64,000 nucleotides of DNA from positions 1,736,001 through 1,800,000 of the forward strand of contig OZ024756.1 in assembly GCA_964016885.1 (NCBI GenBank), in the 5' to 3' direction. Positions 49,001-60,200 of this stretch are shown one piece after another. Source of the DNA: Eledone cirrhosa. Its lineage: Eukaryota. Every line of letters begins with the position of its first letter. Position 1 is the stretch's first letter. The position numbers and the translations under genes are program-made. Under the pieces are notes generated by a model. It saw nothing but the letters and a program-made list of their open reading frames with translations. It had not been told where the DNA came from and did not search any database.

Positions 49001-52000
49001 AGTGTGCAGTGTCAGTGATCTGGTCCTCTGTCTTGCTGTCTTCATTACATCTATGAAGTGTGCAGTGTCAGTGATCTGGTCCTCTGTCTGGCTGTCTTCA
49101 GTACATCTATGAAGTGTGCAGTGTCAGGGATCTGGTCCTCTGTCTTGCTGTCTTCAGTTCATCTATGAAGTGTGCAGTGTCAGTGATCTCGTCCTCTGTC
49201 TTGCTGTCTTCAGTACATCTATGAAGTGTGCAGTGTCAGTGATCTTGTCCTCTGTCTTGCTGTCTTCAGTACATCTATGAAGTGTGCAGTGTCAGTGATC
49301 TGGTCCTCTGTCTTGCTGTCTTCAGTACATCTATGAAGTGTGCAGTGTCAGGGATCTGGTCCGCTGTCTTGCTGTCTTCAGTTCATCTATGAAGTGTGCA
49401 GTGTCAGTGATCTCGTCCTCTGTCTTGCTGTCTTCAGTACATCTATGAATTGTGCAGTGTCAGTGATCTGGTCCTCTGTCTTGCTGTCTGCAGTTCATCT
49501 ATGAAGTGTGCAGTGTCAGTGATCTGGTCCTCTGACTTGCTGTCATCAGTACATCTATGAAGTGTGCAGTGTCAGTGATCTAGTCCTCTGTCTTGCTGTC
49601 TGCAGTTCATCTATGAAGTGTACAGTGTCAGTGATCTGGTCCTCTGACTTGCTGTCTTCAGTACATCTATGAAGTGTGCAGTGTCAGTGATCTGGTCCTC
49701 TGTCTTGCTGTCTTCAGTACATCTATGAAGTGTGCAGTGTCAGTGATCTGGTCCTCTGTTTTGCTGTCTTCAGTTCATCTATGAAGTGTGCAGTGTCAGT
49801 GATCTGGTCCTCTGTCTTGCTGTCTTCAGTTCATCTATGAAGTGTGCAGTGTCAGAGATCTCGTCCTCTGTCTTGCTGTCTTCAGTACATCTATCAATTG
49901 TGCAGTGTCAGTGATCTGGTCCTCTGTCTTGCTGTCTGCAGTTCATCTATGAAGTGTGCAGTGTCAGTGATCTGGTCCTCTGACTTGCTGTCTTCAGTAC
50001 ATCTATGAAGTGTGCAGTGTCAGTGATCTAGTCCTCTGTCTTGCTGTCTGCAGTTCATCTATGAAGTGTACAGTGTCAGTGATCTGGTCCTCTGACTTGC
50101 TGTCTTCAGTACATCTATGAAGTGTGCAGTGTCAGTGATCTGGTCCTCTGTCTTGCTGTCTTCAGTACATCTATGAAGTGTGCAGTGTTAGTGATCTGTT
50201 GCTCTGTCTTGCTGTCTTCAGTACATCTATGAAGTGTGCAGTGTCAGTGATCTGGTCCTCTGTGTTGCTGTCTACAGTACATTTATGAAGTGTGCAGTGT
50301 CAGTGATCTGGTCATCTGTCTTGCTGTCTTCAGTTCATCTATGATGTGTGCAGTTTCAGTGATCAGGTCCTCTGTCTTGCTGTCTTCAGTTCATCTATGA
50401 AGTGTGCAGTGTCAGTGATCTGGTCCTCTGCCTTGCTGTCTTCAGTTCATCTATGAAGTGTGCAGTGTCAGTGATCTGGTCCTCTGTCTTGCTGTCTTCA
50501 GTTCATCCATGAAGTGTGCAGTGTCAGTGACCTGGTCCTCTGTCTTGCTGTCTTCAGTTCATCTGTGAAGTGTGCAGTGTCAGTGATCTGGTCCTCTGTC
50601 TTGCTGTCTTCAGTACATCTATGAAGTTTGCAGTGTCAGGGATCTGGTCCTCTGTCTTGCTGTCTTCAGTTCATCTATGAAGTGTGCAGTGTCAGTGATC
50701 TCGTCCTCTGTCTTGCTGTCTTCAGTACATCTATGAAGTGTGCAGTGTCAGTGATCTCGTCCTCTGTCTTGCTGTCTTCAGTACATCTATGAAGTGTGCA
50801 GTGTCAGTGATCTGGTCCTCTGTCTTGCTGTCTTCAGTACATCTATGAAGTGTGCAGTGTCAGGGATCTGGTCCGCTGTCTTGCTGTCTTCAGTTCATCT
50901 ATGAAGTGTGCAGTGTCAGTGATCTCATCCTCTGTCTTGCTGTCTTCAGTACATCTATCAATTGTGCATGTCAGTGATCTGGTCCTCTGTCTTGCTGTCT
51001 GCAGTTCATCTATGAAGTGTGCAGTGTCAGTGATCTGGTCCTCTGACTTGCTGTCTTCAGTACATCTATGAAGTGTGCAGTGTCAGTGATCTAGTCCTCT
51101 GTCTTGCTGTCTGCAGTTCATCTATGAAGTGTACAGTGTCAGTGATCTGGTCCTCTGACTTGCTGTCTTCAGTACATCTATGAAGTGTGCAGTGTCAGTG
51201 ATCTGGTCCTCTGTCTTGCTGTCTTCAGTACATCTATGAAGTGTGCAGTGTCAGTGATCTGTTCCTCTGTCTTGCTGTCTTCAGTACATCTATGAAGTGT
51301 GCAGTGTCAGTGATCTGGTCCTCTGTGTTGCTGTCTTCAGTACATTTATGAAGTGTGCAGTGTCAGTGATCTGGTCATCTGTCTTGCTGTCTTCAGTTCA
51401 TCTATGATGTGTGCAGTTTCAGTGATCAGGTCCTCTGTCTTGCTGTCTTCAGTTCATCTATGAAGTGTGCAGTGTCAGTGATCTGGTCCTCTGTCTTGCT
51501 GTCTTCAGTTCATCTATGAAGTGTGCAGTGTCAGTGATCTGGTCCTCTGTCTTGCTGTCTTCAGTTCATCCATGAAGTGTGCAGTGTCAGTGACCTGGTC
51601 CTCTGTCTTGCTGTCTTCAGTTCATCTGTGAAGTGTGCAGTGTCAGTGATCTGGTCCTCTGTCTTGCTGTCTTCATTACATCTATGAAGTGTGCAGTGTC
51701 AGTGATCTGGTCCTCTGTCTGGCTGTCTTCAGTACATCTATGAAGTGTGCAGTGTCAGGGTTCTAGTCCTCTGTCTTGCTGTCTTCAGTTCATCTATGAA
51801 GTGTGCAGTGTCAGTGATCTCGTCCTCTGTCTTGCTGTCTTCAGTACATCTATGAAGTGTGCAGTGTCAGTGATCTTGTCCTCTGTCTTGCTGTCTTCAG
51901 TACATCTATGAAGTGTGCAGTGTCAGTGATCTGGTCCTCTGTCTTGCTGTCTTCAGTACATCTATGAAGTGTGCAGTGTCAGGGATCTGGTCCGCTGTCT

Positions 52001-55000
52001 TGCTGTCTTCAGTTCATCTATGAAGTGTGCAGTGTCAGTGATCTCGTCCTCTGTCTTGCTGTCTTCAGTACATCTATGAATTGTGCAGTGTCAGTGATCT
52101 GGTCCTCTGTCTTGCTGTCTGCAGTTCATCTATGAAGTGTTAAGTGTCAGTGATCTGGTCCTCTGACTTGCTGTCTTCAGTACATCTATGAAGTGTGCAG
52201 TGTCAGTGATCTAGTCCTCTGTCTTGCTGTCTGCAGTTCATCTATGAAGTGTACAGTGTCAGTGATCTGGTCCTCTGACTTGCTGTCTTCAGTACATCTA
52301 TGAAGTGTGCAGTGTCAGTGATCTGGTCCTCTGTCTTGCTGTCTTCAGTACATCTATGAAGTGTGCAGTGTCAGTGATCTGGTCCTCTGTCTTGCTGTCT
52401 TCAGTTCATCTATGAAGTGTGCAGTGTCAGGGATCTGGTCCTCTGTCTTGCTGTCTTCAGTTCATCTATGAAGTGTGCAGTGTCAGTGATCTGTTCCTCT
52501 GTCTTGCTGTCTTCAGTACATCTATGAAGTGTGCAGTGTCAGTGATCTGGTCCTCTGTCTTGCTGTCTTCAGTTCACCTATGAAGTGTGCAGTGTCAGTG
52601 ATCTGGTCCTCTGTCTTGCTGTCTTCAGTTCATCCATGAAGTGTGCAGTGTCAGTGATCTGGTGCTCTGTCTTGCTGTCTTCAGTTCATCTGTGAAGTGT
52701 GCAGTGTCAGTGATCTGGTCCTCTGTCTTGCTGTCTTCAGTACATCTATGAAGTGTGCAGTGTCAGTGATCTGGTCCTCTGTCTTGCTGTGTTCAGTTCA
52801 TCTATGAAGTGTGCAGTGCCAGTGATCTGGTCCCCTGTCTTGCTGTCTTCAGTTCATCTATGAAGTGTGCAGTGTCAGTAATCAGGTCCTCTGTCTTGCT
52901 GTCTTCAGTTCATCTATGAAGTGTGCAGTGTCAGTGATCAGGTCCTCTGTCTTGCTGTCTTCAGTACATCTATGAAGTGTGCAGTGTCAGGGATCTGGTC
53001 CTCTGTCTTGCTGTCTTCAGTACATCTATGAAGTGTGCAGTGTCAGTGATCTCGTCCTCTGTCTTGCTGTCTTCAGTACATGTATGAAGTGTGCAGTGTC
53101 AGTGATCTGGTCCTCTGTCTTGCTGTCTTCATTTCATCTATGAAGTGTGCAGTGTCAGTGATCAGGTCCTCTGTGTTGCTGTCTTCAGTATATCTATGAA
53201 GGGTGCAGTGTCAGTGATCTGGTCCTCCGTCTTGCTGTCTTCAGTTCATCTATGAAGTGTGCAGTGTCAGTGATCTGGTCCTCTGTCTTGCTGTCTTCAG
53301 TACATCTATGAAGTGTGCAGTGTCAGTGATCTGGTCCTTTGTCTTGCTGTCTTCTGTTCATCTATGAAGTGTGCAGTGTCAGTGATCTGGTCCTCTGTCT
53401 TGCTGTCTTCAGTTCATCCATGAAGTGTGCAGTGTCAGTGATCTGGTCCTTTGTCTTGCTGTCTTCAGTTCATCTATGAAGTGTGCAGTGTCAGTGATCT
53501 GGTCCTCCGTCTTGCTGTCTTCAGTACATCTATGAAGTGTGCAGTGTCAGTGATCTGGTCCTCTGTCTTGCTGTCTTCAGTACATCTATGAAGTGTGCAG
53601 TGTCAGTGATCTGGTCCTCTGTCTTGCTGTCTTCAGTTCATCTGTGAAGTGTGCAGTGTCAGTGATCTGGTCCTCTGTCTTGCTGTCTTCATTACATCTA
53701 TGAAGTGTGCAGTGTCAGTGATCTGGTCCTCTGTCTGGCTGTCTTCAGTACATCTATGAAGTGTGCAGTGTCAGGGATCTGGTCCTCTGTCTTGCTGTCT
53801 TCAGTTCATCTATGATGTGTGCAGTTTCAGTGATCAGGTCCTCTGTCTTGCTGTCTTCAGTTCATCTATGAAGTGTGCAGTGTCAGTGATCTGGTCCTCT
53901 GTCTTGCTGTCTTCATTACATCTATGAAGTGTGCAGTGTCAGTGATCTGGTCCTCTGTCTGGCTGTCTTCAGTACATCTATGAAGTGTGCAGTGTCAGGG
54001 ATCTGGTCCTCTGTCTTGCTGTCTTCAGTTCATCTATGATGTGTGCAGTTTCAGTGATCAGGTCCTCTGTCTTGCTGTCTTCAGTTCATCTATGAAGTGT
54101 GCAGTGTCAGTGATCTGGTCCTCTGTCTTGCTGTCTTCAGTTCATCTATGAAGTGTGCAGTGTCAGTGATCTGGTCCTCTGTCTTGCTGTCTTCAGTTCA
54201 TCCATGAAGTGTGCAGTGTCAGTGACCTGGTCCTCTGTCTTGCTGTCTTCAGTTCATCTGTGAAGTGTGCAGTGTCAGTGATCTGGTCCTCTGTCTTGCT
54301 GTCTTCATTACATCTATGAAGTGTGCAGTGTCAGTGATCTGGTCCTCTGTCTGGCTGTCTTCAGTACATCTATGAAGTGTGCAGTGTCAGGGATCTGGTC
54401 CTCTGTCTTGCTGTCTTCAGTTCATCTATGAAGTGTGCAGTGTCAGTGATCTCGTCCTCTGTCTTGCTGTCTTCAGTACATCTATGAAGTGTGCAGTGTC
54501 AGTGATCTTGTCCTCTGTCTTGCTGTCTTCAGTACATCTATGAAGTGTGCAGTGTCAGTGATCTGGTCCTCTGTCTTGCTGTCTTCAGTACATCTATGAA
54601 GTGTGCAGTGTCAGGGATCTGGTCCGCTGTCTTGCTGTCTTCAGTTCATCTATGAAGTGTGCAGTGTCAGTGATCTCGTCCTCTGTCTTGCTGTCTTCAG
54701 TACATCTATGAATTGTGCAGTGTCAGTGATCTGGTCCTCTGTCTTGCTGTCTGCAGTTCATCTATGAAGTGTGCAGTGTCAGTGATCTGGTCCTCTGACT
54801 TGCTGTCTTCAGTACATCTATGAAGTGTGCAGTGTCAGTGATCTAGTCCTCTGTCTTGCTGTCTGCAGTTCATCTATGAAGTGTACAGTGTCAGTGATCT
54901 GGTCCTCTGACTTGCTGTCTTCAGTACATCTATGAAGTGTGCAGTGTCAGTGATCTGGTCCTCTGTCTTGCTGTCTTCAGTACATCTATGAAGTGTGCAG

Positions 55001-55120
55001 TGTCAGTGATCTGGTCCTCTGTCTTGCTGTCTTCAGTTCATCTATGAAGTGTGCAGTGTCAGTGATCTGGTCCTCTGTCTTGCTGTCTTCAGTTCATCTA
55101 TGAAGTGTGCAGTGTCAGTG
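25080..55120 (+). repeat. Higher-order repeat domain 2: 18-20-mer core HOR nested in irregular 44-68-mer super-units, interrupted at ~27.4-32.6 kb
   Basis: The marker gggatctggtccgctg has its GATC at 26169, 27233, 33729, 34793, 35801, 37145, 38265, 39833, 41233, 42857, 43921, 45041, 47673, 49353, 50865, 51984 and 54616. It is usually followed by aattg, tctgcag, tctgacttg, gatctag and gtgtacag in fixed order. The short spacings are 1008, 1064 and 1120 bp. Confidence 0.85.
42911..55110 (+). repeat. Segmental duplication within the array: ~42.9-48.15 kb copied at ~49.85-55.1 kb (offset 6944 bp = 124 monomers)
   Basis: Rare variants pair at a constant offset: gagatctcg 42911/49855, gtgttagtgatctgttgc 43241/50185, cctctgcctt 43481/50425 and ggtccgctg 43921/50865. 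The offset becomes 6943 after the 1-bp deletion at 50968 (45041/51984, 47673/54616). Confidence 0.88.
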
Positions 55121-57299
55121 ATCTGGTCCTCTGTCTTGCTGTCTTCAGTTCATCCATGAAGTGTGCAGTGTCAGTGATCTGGTGCTCTGTCTTGCTGTCT
55201 TCAGTTCATCTGTGAAGTGTGCAGTGTCAGTGATCTGGTCCTCTGTCTTGCTGTCTTCAGTACATCTATGAAGTGTGCAGTGTCAGTGATCTGGTCCTCT
55301 GTCTTGCTGTGTTCAGTTCATCTATGAAGTGTGCAGTGCCAGTGATCTGGTCCCCTGTCTTGCTGTCTTCAGTTCATCTATGAAGTGTGCAGTGTCAGTA
55401 ATCAGGTCCTCTGTCTTGCTGTCTTCAGTTCATCTATGAAGTGTGCAGTGTCAGTGATCAGGTCCTCTGTCTTGCTGTCTTCAGTACATCTATGAAGTGT
55501 GCAGTGTCAGGGATCTGGTCCTCTGTCTTGCTGTCTTCAGTACATGTATGAAGTATGCAGTGTCAGTGATCTGGTCCTCTGTCTTGCTGTCTTCAGTTCA
55601 TCTATGAAGTGTGCAGTGTCAGTGATCTGGTCCTCTGTCTTGCTGTCTTCAGTACATATATGAAGTGTGCAGTGTCAGTGATCTGGTCCTTTGTCTTGCT
55701 GTCTTCAGTTCATCTATGAAGTGTGCAGTGTCAGTGATCTGGTCCTCTGTCTTGCTGTCTTCAGTTCATCCATGAAGTGTGCAGTGTCAGTGATCTGGTC
55801 CTTTGTCTTGCTGTCTTCTGTTCATCTATGAAGTGTGCAGTGTCAGTGATCTGGTCCTCCGTCTTGCTGTCTTCAGTACATCTATGAAGTGTGCAGTGTC
55901 AGTGATCTGGTCCTCTGTCTTGCTGTCTTCAGTTCATCTATGAATTGTGCAGTGTCAGTGATCTGGTCCTCTGTCTTGCTGTCTTCAGTACATCTATGAA
56001 GTGTGCAGTGTCAGTGATCTGGTCCTCTGTCTTGCTGTCTTCAGTTCATCTGTGAAGTGTGCAGTGTCAGTGATCTGGTCCTCTGTCTTGCTGTTTTCAG
56101 TACATCTATGAAGTGTGCAGTGTCAGTGATCTGGTCCTCTGTCTTGCTATCTTCAGTTCATCTATGAAGTGTGCAGTGTCAGTGATCTGGTCCTCCGTCT
56201 TGCTGTTTTCAGTACATCTATGAAGTGTGCAGTGTCAGTGATCTGGTCCTCTGTCTTGCTGTCTTCAGTACATATATGAAGTGTGCAGTGTCAGTGATAT
56301 GGTCCTCTGTGTTGCTGTCTTCAGTACATTTATGAAGTGTGCAGTGTCAGTGATCTGGTCCCCTGTGTTGCTGTCTTCAGTACATTTATGAAGTGTGCAG
56401 TGTCAGTGATCTGGTCATCTGTCTTGCTGTCTTCAGCTCATCTATGAAGTGTGCAGTGTCAGTGATCTGGTCCTCTGTCTTGCTGTCTTCAGTTCATCTA
56501 TGAAGTGTGCAGTGTCAGTGATCTGGTCCTCTGTCTTGCTGTCTTCAGTTCATCTATGAAGTGTGCAGTGTCAGTGATCTGGTCCTCTGTCTTACTGTCT
56601 TCAGTTCATCCATGAAGTGTGCAGTGTCAGTGATCTGGTCCTCTGTCTTGCCGTCTTCAGTTCATCTGTGAAGTGTGCAGTGTCAGTGATCTGGTCCTCT
56701 GTCTTGCTGTCTTCAGTACATCTATGAAGTGTGCAGTGTCAGTGATCTGGTCCTCTGTCTGGCTGTCTTCAGTTCATCTATGAAGTGTGCAGTGTCAGTG
56801 ATCTGGTCCTCCGTCTTGCTGTTTTCAGTACATCTATGAAGTGTGCAGTGTCAGGGATCTGGTCCTCTGTCTTGCTGTCTTCAGTTCATCTATGAAGTGT
56901 GCAGTGTCAGTGATCTCGTCCTCTGTCTTGCTGTCTTCCGTACATCTATGAAGTGTCCAGTGTCAGTGATCTCGTCCTCTGTCTTGCTGTCTTCAGTACA
57001 TCTATGAAGTGTGCAGTGTCAGGGATCTGGTCCGCTGTCTTGCTGTCTTCAGTTCATCTATGAAGTGTGCAGTGTCAGTGATCTCGTCCTCTGTCTTGCT
57101 GTCTTCAGTACATCTATGAATTGTGCAGTGTCAGTGATCTGGTCCTCTGTCTTGCTGTCTGCAGTTCATCTATGAAGTGTGCAGTGTCAGTAATCAGGTC
57201 CTCTGTCTTGCTGTCTTCAGTTCATCTATGAAGTGTGCAGTGTCAGTGATCAGGTCCTCTGTCTTGCTGTCTTCAGTACATCTATGAAGTGTGCAGTGT

Positions 57300-60200
57300 C
57301 AGTGATCTGGTCCTCAGTCTTGCTGTCTTCAGTACATCTATGAAGTGTGCAGTGTCAGTGATCTGGTCCTCTGTCTTGCTGTCTTCCGTTCATCTATGAA
57401 GTGTGCAGTGTCAGGGATCTGGTCCTCTGTCTTGCTGTCTTCAGTACATTTATGAAGTGTGCAGTGTCAGGGATCTGGTCCTCTGCCTTGCTGTCTTCAG
57501 TACATCTATGAAGTGTGCAGTGTCAGTGATCTGCTCCTCTGTCTTGCTGTCTTCAGTTCATCTATGAAGTGTGCAGTGTCAGTGATCTGGTCCTCCGTCT
57601 TGCTGTCTTCAGTACATCTATGAAGTGTGCAGTGTCAGTGATCTGGTCCTCTGTCTTGCTGTCTTCAGTTCATCTATGAAGTGTGCAGTGTCAGTGATCT
57701 GGTCCTCTGTCTTGCTGTCTTCAGTACATCTATGAAGTGTGCAGTGTCAGTGATCTGGTCCTCTGTCTTGCTGTCTTCAGTTCATCTGTGAAGTGTGCAG
57801 TGTCAGTGATCTGGTCCTCTGTCTTGCTGTTTTCAGTACATCTATGAAGTGTGCAGTGTCAGTGATCTGGTCCTCTGTCTTGCTATCTTCAGTTCATCTA
57901 TGAAGTGTGCAGTGTCAGTGATCTGGTCCTCCGTCTTGCTGTTTTCAGTACATCTATGAAGTGTTCAGTGTCAGTGATCTGGTCCTCTGTCTTGCTGTCT
58001 TCAGTACATCTATGAAGTGTGCAGTGTCAGTGATCTGGTCCTCTGTGTTGCTGTCTTCAGTACATTTATGAAGTGTGCAGTGTCAGTGATCTGGTCATCT
58101 GTCTTGCTGTTTTCAGTTCATCTATGAAGTGTGCAGTGTCAGTGATCTGGTCCTCTGTCTTGCTGTCTTCAGTTCATCTATGAAGTGTGCAGTGTCAGTG
58201 ATCTGGTCCTCTGTCTTGCTGTCTTCAGTTCATCTATGAAGTGTGCAGTGTCAGTGATCTGGTCCTCTGTCTTGCTGTTTTCAGTTCGTCCATGAAGTGT
58301 GCAGTGTCAGTGATCTGGTCCTCTGTCTTGCTGTCTTCAGTTCATCTGTGAAGTGTGCAGTGTCAGTGATCTGGTCCTCTGTCTTGCTGTCTTCAGTACA
58401 TCTATGAAGTGTGCAGTGTCAGTGATCTGGTCCTCTGTCTGGCTGTCTTCAGTTCATCTATGAAGTGTGCAGTGTCAGTGATCTGGTCCTCCGTCTTGCT
58501 GTTTTCAGTACATCTATGAAGTGTGCAGTGTCAGGGATCTCGTCCTCTGTCTTGCTGTCTTCAGTACATCTATGAAGTGTGCAGTGTCAGTGATCTGGTC
58601 CTCTGTCTTGCTGTCTTCAGTACATCTATGAAGTGTGCAGTGTCAGGGATCTGGTCCGCTGTCTTGCTGTCTTCAGTTCATCTATGAAGTGTGCAGTGTC
58701 AGTGATCTCGTCCTCTGTCTTGCTGTCTTCAGTACATCTATGAATTGTGCAGTGTCAGTGATCTGGTCCTCTGTCTTGCTGTCTGCAGTTCATCTATGAA
58801 GTGTGCAGTGTCAGTGATCTGGTCCTCTGACTTGCTGTCTTCAGTACATCTATGAAGTGTGCAGTGTCAGTGATCTGGTCCTCTGTCTTGCTGTCTGCAG
58901 TTCATCTATGAAGTGTGCAGTGTCAGTGATCTGGTCGTCTGTCTTGCTGTCTTCAGTTCATCTATGAAGTGTGCAGTGTCACTGATCTCGTCCTCTGTCT
59001 TGCTGTCTTCAGTTCATCTATGAAGTGTTGCAGTGTCAGTGATCTGGTCCTCTGTCTTGCTGTCTTCAGTTCATCTATGAAGTGTGCAGTGTCAGGGATC
59101 TGGTCCTCTGTCTTGCTGTCTTCAGTTCATCTATGAAGTGTGCAGTGTCAGTGATCTGTTCCTCTGTCTTGCTGTCTTCAGTACATCTATGAAGTGTGCA
59201 GTGTCAGTGATCTGGTCCTCTGTCTTGCTGTCTTCAGTTCATCTATGAAGTGTGCAGTGTCAGTGATCTGGTCCTCTGTCTTGCTGTCTTCAGTACATCT
59301 ATGAAGTGTGCAGTGTTAGTGATCTGGTCCTTTGTCTGGCTGTCTTCATTTCATCTATGAAGTGTGCAGTGTCAGTGATCTGGTCCTCCGTCTTGCTGTT
59401 TTCAGTACATCTATGAAGTGTGCAGTGTCAGGGATCTGGTCCTCTGTCTTGCTGTCTTCAGTTAATCTATGAAGTGTGCAGTGTCAGTGATCTGGTCCTC
59501 TGTCTTGCTGTCTTCAGTACATCTATGAAGTGTGCAGTGTCAGTGATCTGCTCCTCTGTCTTGCTGTCTTCAGTTCATCCATGAAGTGTGCAGTGTCAGT
59601 GATCTGGTGCTCTGTCTTGCTGTCTTCAGTTCATCTGTGAAGTGTGCAGTGTCAGTGATCTGGTCCTCTGTCTTGCTGTCTTCAGTACATCTATGAAGTG
59701 TGCAGTGTCAGTGATCTTGTCCTCTGTCTTGCTGTCTTCAGTTCATCTATGAAGTGTGCAGTGTCAGTGATCTGGTCCTACGTCTTGCTGTTTCCAGTAC
59801 ACCTATGAAGTGTGCAGTGTCAGGGATCTGGTCCTCTGTCTTGCTGTCTTCAGTACATCTATGAAGTGTGCAGTGTCAGTGATCTGGTCCTCTGTCTTGC
59901 TGTCTTCAGTTCATCTGTGAAGTGTGCAGTGTCAGTGATCTGGTCCTCTGTCTTGCTGTTTTCAGTACATCTATGAAGTGTGCAGTGTCAGTGATCTGGT
60001 CCTCTGTCTTGCTATTTTCAGTTCATCTATGAAGTGTGCAGTGTCAGTGATCTGGTCCTCCGTCTTGCTGTTTTCAGTACATCTATGAAGTGTGCAGTGT
60101 CAGTGATCTGGTCCTCTGTCTTGCTGTCTTCAGTACATCTATGAAGTGTGCAGTGTCAGTGATCTGCTCCTCTGTCTTGCTGTCTTCAGTTCATCTATGA

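Noticed and set aside
50850-51071. 73-aa ORF
   Set aside because: It is created by the 1-bp deletion at 50968/50969, which skips the stop-containing frame. It is a repeat artefact.
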